DNA of 64,000 nucleotides from Orbicella franksi (Eukaryota): NCBI GenBank assembly GCA_964199315.1, contig OZ116701.1, positions 14,508,001 to 14,572,000 of the forward strand, read 5' to 3'. Shown piece by piece: positions 11,760 to 24,413 of this stretch (position 1 is its first letter; each line of letters starts with the position of its first letter). The notes under the pieces were generated by a model. It saw only the letters and a program-made list of their open reading frames with translations, ran no database searches and was not told where the DNA came from. The position numbers and the translations under genes were made by a program.

Positions 11760-14700
11760 AAGACTATTAGCCAGTGCGAATTTGGAGTCCACCGGTGAAA
11801 TTTCGATTAACCATCGTAATTTCCCGCCACTGGAACTGAATTTGACTCTTAGGGGGAGAGGGAGTGCTCGCTTCAACATAAATTCTTTATACATTTAGGT
11901 ACTACGACTGTGAAGCTAATTCCAATATTCACCGAAACGTTTTAAACTGGTCAATATATGAGGTCATGACATGTACACAGTCGGTGGCGCATGTGGGTGG
12001 TTGGGTGGGTAAGGGGCGAACCCCGCGGACTCCCTCCTCGAGCCACTATTAAGAGCTAGATTTCATATGAGTTGAAGAGCGAAATGAGCAAAAACATGGT
12101 GCATTTGAATAATGAACTAAATAAACTAAATTTACCCCAGTTACTCAAATTGGTTTGGAACCGTTTGTTAACGCTGAAGAATTCTCGTATCAAACGCACT
12201 CTTTATATTATCATAGAACGTCCTCAAAGGTATCAAGTTGACTGACTGCTTCTTTGGTTGTTGGTCATTTTCCTCGCGCTCTTATTTGAATTGATAACGT
12301 ACAACTATGTTTCAAAAGACGCCGCCCTGTTTACCACCTAGGAATAATTTAAGGCCATAAAATAACGCTCAAAACAAATTTTGGGGGAACAATGCTTTTT
12401 ATTGTTTACGCCATACAAAAACTGTTTCCATACAATAGACGACTGGAACGTTTTCCATCTAAACCAACACCGACATGTAGCTATAGCTAGCCACCAGTGT
12501 ATGGCGACTCTGCAAGAGAGAGAGGGAGAAGAAACCTGAATGATGTTGTACTCACTATTCTAGGATTGAGCTCCCCAATTATTGCAGTTATCATTTTATT
12601 CACTAATGTAGTCACTTATTCATTAAGTTACTCGTGTTTTGTATTGCTTTCAGCGTTTATCATTTGTTTCTGAAAGCGCTGGTCACAAGTTTATTGCGAG
12701 ACAACAAACTTTGCTGCGGAGCATCACACTCTTCTTTCTCGTTTAGGTCCTTGTGACGTCATCTTTCAGTGGCGAAAACTTTTGGTGTAAAAGACTCTTT
12801 TTTCATTACTCGTTACTTCTTGCCTATTTCAATTTCGCTCACGTTAACGTTGCTGTAAACGAACATCCAGTTTAAGGAGCAAAACAAATTTTAAGCTATC
12901 GGTTATACTGCTATATGCATGTAACCCGTGCAGACAGGAATTGGACGCGTCGACTTCAAGACGATTGCTAATCTTGTCGTGATTTTCTTCCTCATTACTC
13001 ATGGATCGATTCAAGAGACAATTCTTCCCATTTCAAAACAAACAAAAAAACAAAACAATCACAGAACAAGACGAAACATAGCAGAATAATAGAGTTTACC
13101 TTGTTTTTGAGAATTACTCTTTCCCTGTTTCATCAGCTTGTTGTAGCCCGCCTTCAATATCTAAAAAAAAAGAGAAAATTATTGTGAGCTGCTCATCAAT
13201 GGCTTTCCATCGGCCCAGGGGGACTTTATTCAAGCTGAGAAAATGAAGAACAGAGTGGAGTCAGTTCTTGAGCACTAATGGATTTATTTAACATCAAGGA
13301 AATGGAGTTGGATTAACATTTGATTAAGCCGATTGGTTGAAGACGTTAGTGGAAGCCTGGCTGTACGATATTATCCTGCCTTAATTACCTATCATTTTGC
13401 AACACATAAACTCCTCAAGACAATACAGCTTGTTGCAATCTCCTCTATATATTCCAGTCATGTAGTAACTCTCGCGCTTGCACACGCTAAGTCCTTTGCC
13501 ATCAAATGAACCCCAAACATTCTCTTTGTAGCAGTCCGCATATTTATCTGGCAACCCTTGTGGCTTACAGCATCGAGCTTCCTCAATGTTACGCAGCCAG
13601 GGGTCATCGTCTGTCCTAAAGAGACCATTCATAAAGTACCCGTCTGGACAGGTTGCCCACCTGTGAGTCCTACCGTAACAAAAAAGTCAAAGAAACGAAT
13701 AGATGAAGATGCGAATAAGATATTTCAGTGCGATGAAAATATTTTAATATCGTGCAAAAGAATGAAGAGTCTAAAAATCTCTTTACATGTTGCCAACTTA
13801 CCCATCAAGAACTCCCCACCAATTGGCATTCTTGCAGGTTGCTGGCACGTCCTTCATTCCGTAAGGCGCATCACAACAATTAGCGTACTCTATGAGATAG
13901 ATACCATCATCTGAGCCTTCGTAATCATTCCTCCAAAGACCATTCATGTATTGATTTACCGCGTCACAATAAGACCATCCCTGGCTGTCAAACGAAATCC
14001 ACCAGTTTGCATATCTGCACGTCTGGCTGCAGCAGGTATTAGCCATGAAAAAAATGACCAACAAGGAGCGGAGAAATTCCATTCTGCTCTGAATACGATT
14101 TCAGTTGTTTTACCTACCTAAAAAGTGCACTGATTTTAAGAATGCGTTTGGCATTCAAAAGCATCAAAACCCATTGTAAGCGCAAATCGATTGTGGAGAA
14201 ATCATGGAGCAACGTGATCAAAATGTACAGCTAAGAGAAAATATCTTATCTCGTTGCAACGTAGATTACTTTACAATTTAGTCATCGACCATAAGGTATT
14301 CTCAAAATATGGAACACATGTGGCTTCCCTTATTCCCTTGCACCATAGAGGGACTCAGTTAGCTTCCACGTTTTACAATAAATTTCAAGACTCGCGATGA
14401 CCATTGCCCAATCAGGAAAAAACGCGAAATGCCAACATGCCAAAGAGGACGTTAACTTAGCGTGATGTGCACCATTGTTATATAGTAAGTTTTTTTTTCC
14501 TCTCTCAGCATACCAAGGTCTAACAACTGAAAAAGTGCTCCTACTCCCTATAGATAAATACAGCCTCAAAAGATTCATCGGGTGTCCTCTAAGCCCTTGG
14601 TAAAAGAGATCCCCTTTTAAACAAAACTGCTGCAATCCAGCTTACATGCGGAAGAGGAAGTAAATTCGTGTCTGTCAACGTCCGGCACTGCCCAGTGAGC

Positions 14701-15830
14701 ATAGTTGTATTCTTTTTGTGGTCAATTTCGAGGTTACTTTAGAAGGTCAATTTCGAGTTCACTTGTATCAAGTCATTTAGATTTCGTTTAGGTTACGTTA
14801 AGTTAAGCGCTTAAGTGGTATGCGTTTCAGAATGAAAATTACGTCTTCTGAACAGTTACTGCGTAGGAGTAACCTCGGAATAACCTCGGGAACTCGTGCT
14901 AGATATAAGTACAAACCTACCTTTTAGCTTTGCTTCGATTTGCAGCTAGGGTGTTCTGTACGAAGTGTTCATTTGGAGATTGATTTATTTCAGAACAGAA
15001 AGGAAGATTGTCAATTTTTATGTAAATAACACCTGTGTGGTTCAGAAGCTAAGGCAGGTGAATAAATAGCCAACGAATTAATGATACTAATTATCTCTTT
15101 TGCTTATCGTTATTATCAATATTATCACGACTTAATATTAGATTTTTTTGGCGAATGAGACAATTTGACGCATGAAGCAGGGGCCTTCTTAAAGGTCAAA
15201 TGGATGAACGCAGTTGGAATAATCAGATCCGTTCGATTGTAATGGTTGCGTGACTCGCATAAACACACCGAAAATAATTATTCAAGTCATGAATAAAACG
15301 CTTAAGCTAAAAACACAAACTAAAACAGTTGGGAAAATAGCTGAAAATTAATTAAGCTCATCACTTGTAAGTTTCTAACTTACACGTTATCACAGGAGGA
15401 TAAATATAAAGTGGAAAATAATGAAGCTAACCAGGTTTCACACGTGTAACTAATTTTTTTTATCTTTTTTTTAATATTATCTTTTAATGATTAAAATTAC
15501 TTTTTGTTCCTATATGAATAGGATCATCTAGAGGATTTCGAGACGTAGTGATTTCTAAGCTGGAAAGGTGCTTCGTAAAGGTAATCTCTCTCGAACCGTA
15601 CGCGGCATGTTTCCCAAAACAAGTCCCAATAGTGATGAATAACATGTCATCAGGAAAAATGCAGCCGTCTGTATATATCACCAACGGATAATTTTCTACC
15701 GATTTAGAAGTCAACTGCACTGCTACCGTTTGATATCACACTAAGAGAGCAACGTAATACTAGAAAAGTTGGCTAAGTGACACCGGAAAACGCAATTTTG
15801 TCGCAAGAATTCGTTTATTTTTCATTATAA
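11760..15830 (-). repeat. Segmental duplication copy B (carries the intact gene)
   Basis: Tandem with copy A; inverted relative to copy C (40820-44180). Confidence 0.85.
13381..14082 (-). CDS. Secreted 189-aa three-repeat Cys-rich protein resembling the biomphalysin N-terminal small lobe; exons 14082-13802 and 13669-13381
   Basis: Signal-peptide-like start; repeats CRYANWWISFDSQGWSYC..YMNGLWR..IEYANCC / CKNANWWGVLDG..WATCPDGYFMNGLFR..IEEARCC / CYKENVWGSFDGKGLSVC..YYMTGIYR..LEEFMCC; GT-AG phase-2 intron joins the exons in frame (281+289 nt). Confidence 0.8.
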
Positions 15831-16235
15831 CCTGGCTCCGGCGGCCCGAAGGGCCGCCAAGCAGAGCCCCATACTCATATAGGAAAGAAACGGAAACCCA
15901 TGAATGGTTTTTCTCATGGTTATTATGGCTAGCGGTATTGCTCGTGGGCGCGTACGTACGACGGCGACGACGACGACGACGGAGTCGCGCAACATGGCCG
16001 CCATACTCCAGCTAAAAGGTTGACAGAAACATTTATAGCCTCCTCCTTTGATATTGGACATCCATGTTATGGTCAATTGACACCTTTCAAAACAAGGTAT
16101 CCGCTAACCAGTATCTCGTGACCATATTGTGGGCTCAAGTTTAGAGCTCATCGAGGTTACGTGTTTTTTTAAAAGTTGACCGCTGACGAAGTCCTAGTGT
16201 TTTATTAGATCGCGGGCTCACGTCAGATTAACTAA
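15831..16235 (-). mobile_element. Non-autonomous interspersed repeat with terminal GC hairpin (Helitron-like; class uncertain)
   Basis: Diverged reverse complement of 18432-18846; hairpin ggcggccc-gaa-gggccgcc near one end; interrupts the copy-B flank. Confidence 0.55.
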
Positions 16236-16245
16236 TTGTAAACGG

Positions 16246-16480
16246 GGCCAGGTTATTCGGAAGCCGCTTAACGCTAACCCAGGATTAAAGTTAACAGAAG
16301 TATAAATAATTATTTTATACAAATGCTTTCCACTGCTTTTAGTTTGTGTATTTTGAGATTATTCAAACTCAAAACAGGAGGCTAAACTATATACAGAAAA
16401 CCTCCCTGCAGAGTTACAAAATTTAAATCAAAGTTCTTGCTTAACTGGGTTATCTTAATCGGGCTTTGAACAACCCGGCC
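16246..16480. mobile_element. PIF/Harbinger-type MITE
   Basis: TIRs ggccaggttattc / gaacaacccggcc; same family as 18193-18427 and 48755-48992. Confidence 0.7.
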
Positions 16481-16705
16481 CATTAGCGCTTTTAGGCTTG
16501 GCTAAATCTATATATTATTCAAATCAATTTTATTGATCCATTTTGAAAACCGGCGTTTTGCATCTTCGATGACCTTTGGGAAAAGAGCAAACGTGAAATT
16601 AGTTCTTTTCTAAACTCTCGTGTTTTTGTTTGTTTGTTTGTTTGTTTGTTTTTTACCTATGATCTGTTATGATTTGAAATTTGTTTTGTTTGCCTGAAAA
16701 TATCT

Positions 16706-16780
16706 AGGCTTCTTCGGGATACGAACCCGCGTCTTCCAGTTACAAGTGGGGCATTACTACCAACTGAGTTACAAAAGGGC
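16706..16780 (-). mobile_element. tRNA-derived SINE head / tRNA-like remnant
   Basis: Pol III A-box (taactcagttggtag) and B-box (ggttcgtatcc) on the minus strand; acceptor and anticodon stems imperfect. Confidence 0.5.
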
Positions 16781-17402
16781 AGCGAGGCAAATTTTAGAGG
16801 ATTTAGTAGTCCTATAACGATATCTGCTCTCGAGTGAGTGAAATAAATAATACCTTGGACAATGGGTTTGTTGCCAGTCTACAAATTGCTGTATTTGAAA
16901 CAGTCGAACTGCATTTTCTAACCGTTTCGCAGTTCGTTCCGGTGTATCCAGACTTGCAATCACAGCGACAACTTCCCCTTAGATTCACACACTTTGTTCC
17001 GTTCCTGCATCGACTGTTCTCGCTTCGTTCACACCTGTTTAAAAAAAACTTGAGCTGATTTTGAGTGATTTTTTTGATACCTAAATTTGTTTCCTTCGGG
17101 TCTTCTACTAATTTCGGGGTTATTTTGCGAGATTTCTCAATTAAAATGAAAGGGAAGAAGCAATCTATTAGTTTGGATTCTTGCTGTCTTTAGTTTTGTT
17201 ATTGTTATTTAAATATTCTTCTTTTTTTCTGGTTGGAAAAGTCTGAATGGAAAGAGTGATTCTCAAACTCATTAATAATTCATCAAGTTAAAACAAAGGA
17301 AACCACAACGGTGAAGGAGGTTTGGATACCCGGTCTTAATTAGCATTGATTTTGACGATTTTACTTCTCCGTTTACTCTTTAGCTTTTGTTTCAATTGAG
17401 GA

Positions 17403-17550
17403 GATATATCAAACACTCGAGACAGTGTTTCATCGGCTATCCGAACACCTCGAATTTCGTCAAAAATAGTCCGCTGCGCGTCTTATTTTTAACTCTCTTC
17501 TTGGTGTCTGGATATCACGATGAAACACTGTTTCTTGTGTTTGATATATT
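17403..17550. mobile_element. Palindromic MITE
   Basis: atatatcaaacac..gtgtttcatcgg at the left mirrors gatgaaacactg..gtgtttgatatat at the right. Confidence 0.6.
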
Positions 17551-17629
17551 ACATGAAAGAACGTTTTTACAGTTTTCGAAGGAGAAGTGACTGCATAAAG
17601 AAATGATGTGTAAAGGTCTACCGATCTAG

Positions 17630-18120
17630 AGCTTGCCACCAGTTGACGTCTCTGCATGTTGATTGTTCGCATGTTCTGAAATGGAGCAGGCACTGGACAA
17701 CATTTGGCTTCCTCAAGCAAGTAGATCTGATGATCTGACCCTTTATTAACGTCCAGTAATGTAATGTCTTGAAGTGTCGCACTGGACCCATCCCTTTTTG
17801 TCAAAGCCTCTCCACCAGTTTGAAAACTTGCATTCATCGTACATCGCACCATATTTGAATTTCTCGATGTAGTGTAACCTGTCCGCCGCAACCGCCCCTG
17901 TGCTAATCTGTCATATAGTATTCGCTGTCGTACCGATTCCTACCTTTGTTGTCGAATGATTTGGTGACGTCGTGATCATAACAGCGAAGAGAGCCGTTAG
18001 GCAGGTCATTGGGCTTGCAGCAACGGCCTTCTTCGATATTGTAGAGGTTGTGGTCTTTGGTACGTACAATCCTTGTAAGAAGTAACCAGTCGGACAAACT
18101 GCCCATTTCTTATTGCTGGA
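17630..18120 (-). pseudogene. Diverged paralog (copy D) of the small-lobe-like gene, exon with extra repeats
   Basis: Frame-broken reading KWAVCPTGYFLQGLY.TKDHNLYNIEEGRCCKP..CYDHDVTKSFDNKG..YYMT, followed by a new CKFSNWWRGFDKKGWVQCD..IYLLEEAKCC..NWWQALDR repeat set. Confidence 0.7.
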
Positions 18121-18192
18121 AAGAACAGTGTTATCATATGGTGATATGAAGTTAATATATACATTTAGGCCAGCCTAAAACCGTAGCTCCTG

Positions 18193-18427
18193 GGCCGGGT
18201 TATTCAAAGCCCGATTAAGCTAACCCAGAAAAAGGTAGAATTTTGATTTGAGTTTTGTAACTTTGCGGTGAGGTTCCTGTATATTGTTTGGCCTTCTGTT
18301 TTGAGTTTTAATAATCACCATATACACAAAACAAAACAGCAAAAAACATTTGTATAGAAGAAAAAGTTATAATTCGATTAACTTTTAATCCTGGGCTAGC
18401 GTAAACCGGCTAACGAACAATCCTGCC
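18193..18427. mobile_element. PIF/Harbinger-type MITE with CTG target duplication
   Basis: CTG (18190-92) - GGCCGGGTTATTC ... AACAATCCTGCC - CTG (18428-30). Confidence 0.72.
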
Positions 18428-18431
18428 CTGT

Positions 18432-18846
18432 TTCCAACAAAATAAGCCAATATGAGCCCGCGATCCAATTTATAACCAGCACTTGGTCAGCGGTCAACTT
18501 CAAAAAACACGTGACCTCGAGGAGCTGTAAACTTGAGCCCGCGATATGGTCACGTGATACTGGTCAGCGGATACCTTTTTTGATAGGTGTCAATTGATCA
18601 TAACGTGAATGTCTAATACCAAGGAAGTACACGGTAAACCAAGGCTGCATGTCTCTGTCAACCTATTATTTGGAGTATGGCCGCCATGTTGGGCAACTCC
18701 GTCGTCGTCGTCGTGCGAACGTGCCCACGAGCAATACCGCTAGCCATGATAACCACGAGAAAATCAACTCATGGGTTTCCTTTTCTTTCCTGTATGAGTA
18801 TGGGGCTCCGCTTGGCGGCCCTTCGGGCCGCCGGAGCTCCGCTATG
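18432..18846 (+). mobile_element. Non-autonomous interspersed repeat with terminal GC hairpin (Helitron-like; class uncertain)
   Basis: ggcggccc-ttc-gggccgcc hairpin about 10 nt before the CTAT end; second copy at 15831-16235. Confidence 0.55.
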
Positions 18847-19539
18847 AGGTAATACATGCGGGCAAGATTTCCGCACATGCCTATACTGCATTATGTAAGC
18901 TATTCGGTGATAAAGGAAACAATGGCGAAAGCAACAGATAACTCTTAGACTACGGCTTTATTCTAGAATGGTGTGGGGCTGTGCGGAAATCGTTCCTTCA
19001 TGTGGACCATCTTTTATACATGATTACTGAAGAGAATCAGTTTGGTCAAAACACTACGAAAATAAACGGATGGTACGATTTGAACCTTAATGATCCTCAC
19101 AACATACTTTGAGTGTAATTTTCACTCTTAGCAATTGCTTCTTCTCTGTCGAAAGAAATCTAGATGTCGAAAAACACTAAATCCATTTCATTCGAATTCA
19201 TTCCAAACTTGTGTGAGGTGTTTCAGCGGAGAAGAATGCTAGCCAACTAGCCAAACGAGAGAGAAAGCCTCCGATTGCCCCTAAATCTAAGATGACAATG
19301 TGGAAAAAGTAACTCAAACACCCTTACATTCCTGCAACGTTGTGTGGCGATTCTTTTTTTTTTTTTTGTTCCGTAGAGTTTTGCGACAACGATATTTCTC
19401 TTGAAGCGTAACTCTTTTGAAGGCACAAGGAGAGTTCGTAAGAAATGAAAGAAAAAAAGTGCAACATTCGCTAACTTTCACACGATTACAACAATTTCAC
19501 GGCCAAACTGACAAAGTTCATCATAATAACTTTTGTTTC

Positions 19540-19760
19540 GCCAAAGTTGTCCAACTCTTTCCACCAGTTTGCATTTTTACACGTTGATGCCCGATTCTGG
19601 TCAAGTACTCAGTTGTTGTTCCACACTTAGACCAACCCTGTTTGTCCAACGACTTCCACCAGTTTGCTGTGCGGCACTGGCTCCAACCGGCAAACATCCG
19701 CCACGATAATCAAGGTCTGCAGAGATAAAACGAGTAACTCAGTTACCGACGTACCTGCGA
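19540..19760 (-). pseudogene. First exon of paralog D (frameshifted, internally deleted)
   Basis: Hydrophobic leader LLVLSLQTLIIVADV, then SQCRTANWWKSLDKQGWSKCGTTTEYLT and ASTCKNANWWKELDN. Confidence 0.7.
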
Positions 19761-21786
19761 ATTGGTTTGGTAGAACTACTTTCTGCTTGGAAAACTGCCT
19801 CTGTATTTGTATACTAGGTAAAAAAAATGACAACTCAGTCCTTATGTGTTTTAGTCAATGGTGCGAGATATTTTCTTTGAACCTTACGCGACCTTTTGCA
19901 ATTCATTTATTGTAGACAGGGTTTCATGCGAAGTGCGCCGTGAGATGAATGGTTCGCAGATTTGGTTACGTAACCCTCCATTCAGAGCGTAGCAAAGTTA
20001 CGTCACACAGCCTGCTCGTTAGGGTGAGGGCGACGATGACCGCTTTTGTTTTTGGACCATATTCATCAGAGCTTTGTTTCTCTGTTTGTTCCCAGAAGTG
20101 AATATACATAAGCTGCCATATCTCATTTCTCTTTGGATAAATTTACCAACCGGCTCTCTCCAGGATTTTTTCTGCTGGCTTCCTAACATTACAGTTTTTT
20201 TTATTGGCAAAAGAGATAACGAGCTTATAGTCTCTTTTTCAAACCCCTATTGCTCTAATTGCAGCTTTTCGGTGAGGTGTTGGGTTGTGTATAAGATCAA
20301 ATCTTAAAGAATGGACTATCCGTAATAATTTGCTGAAGATTGATTACATGCGTATGCGAAATCTTGTCGATAGCTGAACTGGAAACAAACAGCTTCTCGT
20401 TTCTAGTTTTTTGAGCGAATTCCTGTTATTACAATAACCGCAATGGCGACTGACATATTAGTTTAAGCATCAAGCAGAAAAAGAAAGAATCAGGTTCTCA
20501 CAAAAGCTACCCAGAGCTCATACGATGACAGCAACAACAACAACAAGGTATGGCTTCGAAGGCCACTTTATTGTTAACATAACACACTTTCATTATCATG
20601 CTAAAATCAAAAGCACTATATCTTCCATCTATGCCTGGAATATGCTGCAATAGCTGGGTGACCCTGCTTTTTGCCTTAAGCACAATTCAAATGGCTTGAA
20701 GAAGAACTCGTTATCACCATCCTAACGATCTTTGTCGTAGCCATGTTAACATAAGTAATGAATGATAATTATCTAATAAAGGCACAACTTTCTTTGAATA
20801 ACGGGAAGAATAACAAATTCAGAGATACCTGAATAATGTACATAGTGGTTCTGAAAATCTTTCACATACTTAAAGATTTTACCTGTATATACCCTTCGCT
20901 GGGAGTACCCTGATCAGAATTCGCACTCATCCGGCGTCGGGGCTTCTGGGCAGAAAGATATTGAGTAAATTTACCGACTTGCTTTTCCATTATAGTGAAG
21001 AGAAACAAAGAGAAAAACGACGTTCATCAGTAGTGATTAATTGCCATGATTTCACAAAATAGCGAAGTAATTTCCCTTTGTCGATGCCGGTTCATTAAAA
21101 GACCAGGCTCTCGTATTTACAGAAATAGGTATTAGGTATTTCTGTTCAATTTTGCTCTTTCTCTTTTTTAATAATCGTTTTTTGTGGACTGAGTATTTTG
21201 CTTTCTTCTACCGAGGTTTTGTTGATTAGCATAGCAGCTCATCTTTTTACACTTCCATGAAAACAATTATTCAGCTTCAGACTCGATTGTGATTGACTGC
21301 TTTGCATTCAGCGAATGAATTGCTTAAAAAAATTTCACCAGCTGGTCCACAGTAGTAAACTTTCCCTGCACTGATTGGCTCAGTTATCTGAGAACCCAGT
21401 TGAAGGCGTTGTTGGGCGGAGTTTGTTTGCGAAGCAGAAGATTTTTCTTAGCGCTGTTAGTAGTGGTATGGGCTAGTCCAGTACGAATTTGACAGGTAGT
21501 GTGATGCAAATGAAAAAGTATTGTTATGGAAAGGAGTTCTATTGTTTTCTCGAGTTTGACGTATCCATGGTAACTAGAAGCCCCACCCCCTTTGACGTCA
21601 TTAATCTCGTTTCCGTGTTGACCGAGTAAAAAGCCTGGTTTCTAAGATAAACAAAGTAATCACGCAATTTTAAAGTTAACCATTAACTTTAATATCAAAT
21701 GTTTCCCTAAAATTACAGGACAGAGCCGTGTGCAACTCCCTAGTGGATTGCGCTCAACTTATGAATGAAACTATTTACAAAAGTGT

Positions 21787-24372
21787 TTACAAATGGCACA
21801 ACAGTTCAATCATGTCCAGGTCCTCATTTGTTATTCTTTCATAGCCATAGGGATATGTTTTGAAGGTGTAGGGATCTATCACTCGTTTTTCGTACACAAG
21901 CTGGTACTTTTTCGTCTGAGAGACTGTGGTCAGTGAGTACTCTTTGGAGTTTCGGACGATGTGATAAGGCTTGTAAATATCAGTTTGTCGCGTTTTCTCG
22001 AGAGGGCGTTGAATTTCGTCTAAAACATTTTGCCGCAACACTTGATAATTTAACTGCTTGCTACCTTCACTGTTTAAAGAGATGCCCCTCACTTTGCATT
22101 CTTCCTTTTCTTTCTTCGTGAGGTAACCATAGTTTTTCGGTCCCGCGGACGCAAATTCAGTGATGAAGTCGTCTTCTCCCAACTCGTCCTTGAAATCACC
22201 GAGAAAGTCGTCAAGGGGAGGATTGTTTTCATGAGGTAAACTGGAAAAAATAACGCTGTCGGTGTCTGTGTACTGTACTCGTTCTTGTAGCATGTCCAGA
22301 GCTGCATACAAACGAAGTCGAGCCCAACATGTCGTGAAACAAGCGATGAAAATGTTGAGGTTTGGTGAGACAGGTTCGTCATTCGATTTCAGTTTATAGT
22401 GAATTTCAACGATGTCTTCAGACAATACAGTCACGTAGCAAATGTCATTTGCATCACTTTCATGGAATGCACTGAACCTCATAGGATCTCCGAACTCTTT
22501 GATTTGAGTTTTGTTGGTGCGCTGGCCAAACTTCCCCCACATGGAATTTAACATCATTTTTGCAAGGCTACGTTTGCCGGGATTCTTTTCAATGTTGTTG
22601 CGGTTGAGTTCGATGCCCTCTTTCGCTTTGTAGGATCTCAGATGTTCTTGTTGTTTGACGGGATAATCGCCTACATGAGCTGGCCAGCCGCTTGCCTCCT
22701 CTTTAATCTTTAACCATGTATTCACATAGTCTTTAAAGAGACCTTTCTTCGTTTCAGAAAAATGCCACACTTCGTGAATGTAAGTTATTTTGTAGCCCTT
22801 CTCAACGGCTTTGTTCAGTTCGGGGGTACACCATGTACCTGTAATTTGTCTTTCACTGTCGCTGTGACTGCAAACCCAGGACCGTTGTAGCATTGGTTTT
22901 TCCGTCTCTTCTTGTACACAGGCTCTACACAGCGGGAATGTTAGTTTACCATTTTCACGCAGCGGAAGTACTGGATGAAACAGTTTTTCTGGAGGTAAGA
23001 TTGTGACCTTGGCAATCCCGAAGTAATTTTGGATGTCTGTGTCTTCCGGCTGAAATATAATTTCAGGGTGGCCGACAGGATACTCAGCATTCTTATTAAT
23101 GAACGGATAGAGAGATGTAAAATCATAGTAATGAATCTTCTCTCCTGAGGCGATGTCAGCCAGATGATAGAGTTTGACAGCATTTGTTCGTCCGCCGCAG
23201 AAGGCATCACGGGGATTTAGTGGCTCCACCAAATCGAGGCTGGCTACAAAGTTCCTGACGTCCCGCCTTTCTTCTTTCATTTTCCGCCAATCACACTCCC
23301 ACATTTCGATGACGTTGTAACCTTTGTCACGTAAGAATTGTAGTTTTTCCTGGGTGCAGATACACGTCGGCAGTGCAGCGGTGCTCTAATCTAAGGTTTT
23401 TTCGGATCTGTTGGGATAGCATTTACGACAGCCATGCCAAAAGCAACCTTGAAATTCGTAGACGGTGTTCGTAGTTGCATCGTAGCCGTCCACGGTGTAG
23501 CGACTGTTGGGGATACGGTATTCCCCATCATTTTCAACATGTTGAATTCTCCCACTGATCTGACTTTGTTGCCACAGTAGATATTCCATGGCAACTTTCG
23601 ACTGATTTGTTTTTAGTCGCCAACCGTGGAGAGGCTCGCAAGCAATTGTGTTGGCTTCCATTCGGTTTTGTCGCAGGTCTCGATTGCATGCCGAAGCTAT
23701 AGTAATATGACTGAAGGGGTCAAACTTTGTCTCTTTTTCAAAAAGCCGTTTGAAAGTAAGGCATCCCTCCTTCAGTAATTTCACGTCCGACTCGCAATAT
23801 TCCAGCAATTCTTTCTGGAAATCGAACACTACATTCTCAGCTCTTTCTTTATCATGCCATTTCTCGAAGTCTTTACGGCCGTTGACAGACATTGATTCAG
23901 GCATGTAAAATTCTTTCTCGGGAATTGGTCCCACGTAGTCTTGATTTTCAGGCGTGTTAAACAGGTGAGGAAAATAGCCCTTCTTTAACTCTGTCAATCC
24001 GAATGTCTTTGGAAATGCAGAAAGCGGCATTTGAAAAAATGACAGAGAGTCAATAAAGTTAATATTGTCAAAGGTTAATTGGAGAAGTTTAGCTCCATTT
24101 CTGATTTGATTGAGGACCCTGTGTTGGCGATGATATTCCTCCACGACGAAATAGGAGTCGTAGCCAGAAAAGTTATGGGCCAAAACAGTTACATTGCGCG
24201 TGTCTTCTTCAGTTAACGTATCCAGCCATTCCAGGAAATCGCGAATGCAATCTTCACCTTTGAAGTGGAGTGGACAATTATCATCCTCAGTTTCCGCTAT
24301 TAAAAGATTAGGGATGTGTTTGCCAGTGTCTTGCATCGCCTCAATATCGAAGAAAACGAGAATGGGAGGCTT

Positions 24373-24413
<41 letters not shown>

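Noticed and set aside
12900-13380. Aerolysin pore-forming domain downstream of the small-lobe gene
   Set aside because: The gene has an in-frame stop after repeat 3, and the downstream sequence has no long ORF in any of the paralogous copies.
16706-16780. Functional tRNA gene
   Set aside because: Acceptor and anticodon stems pair poorly; better explained as a SINE head.
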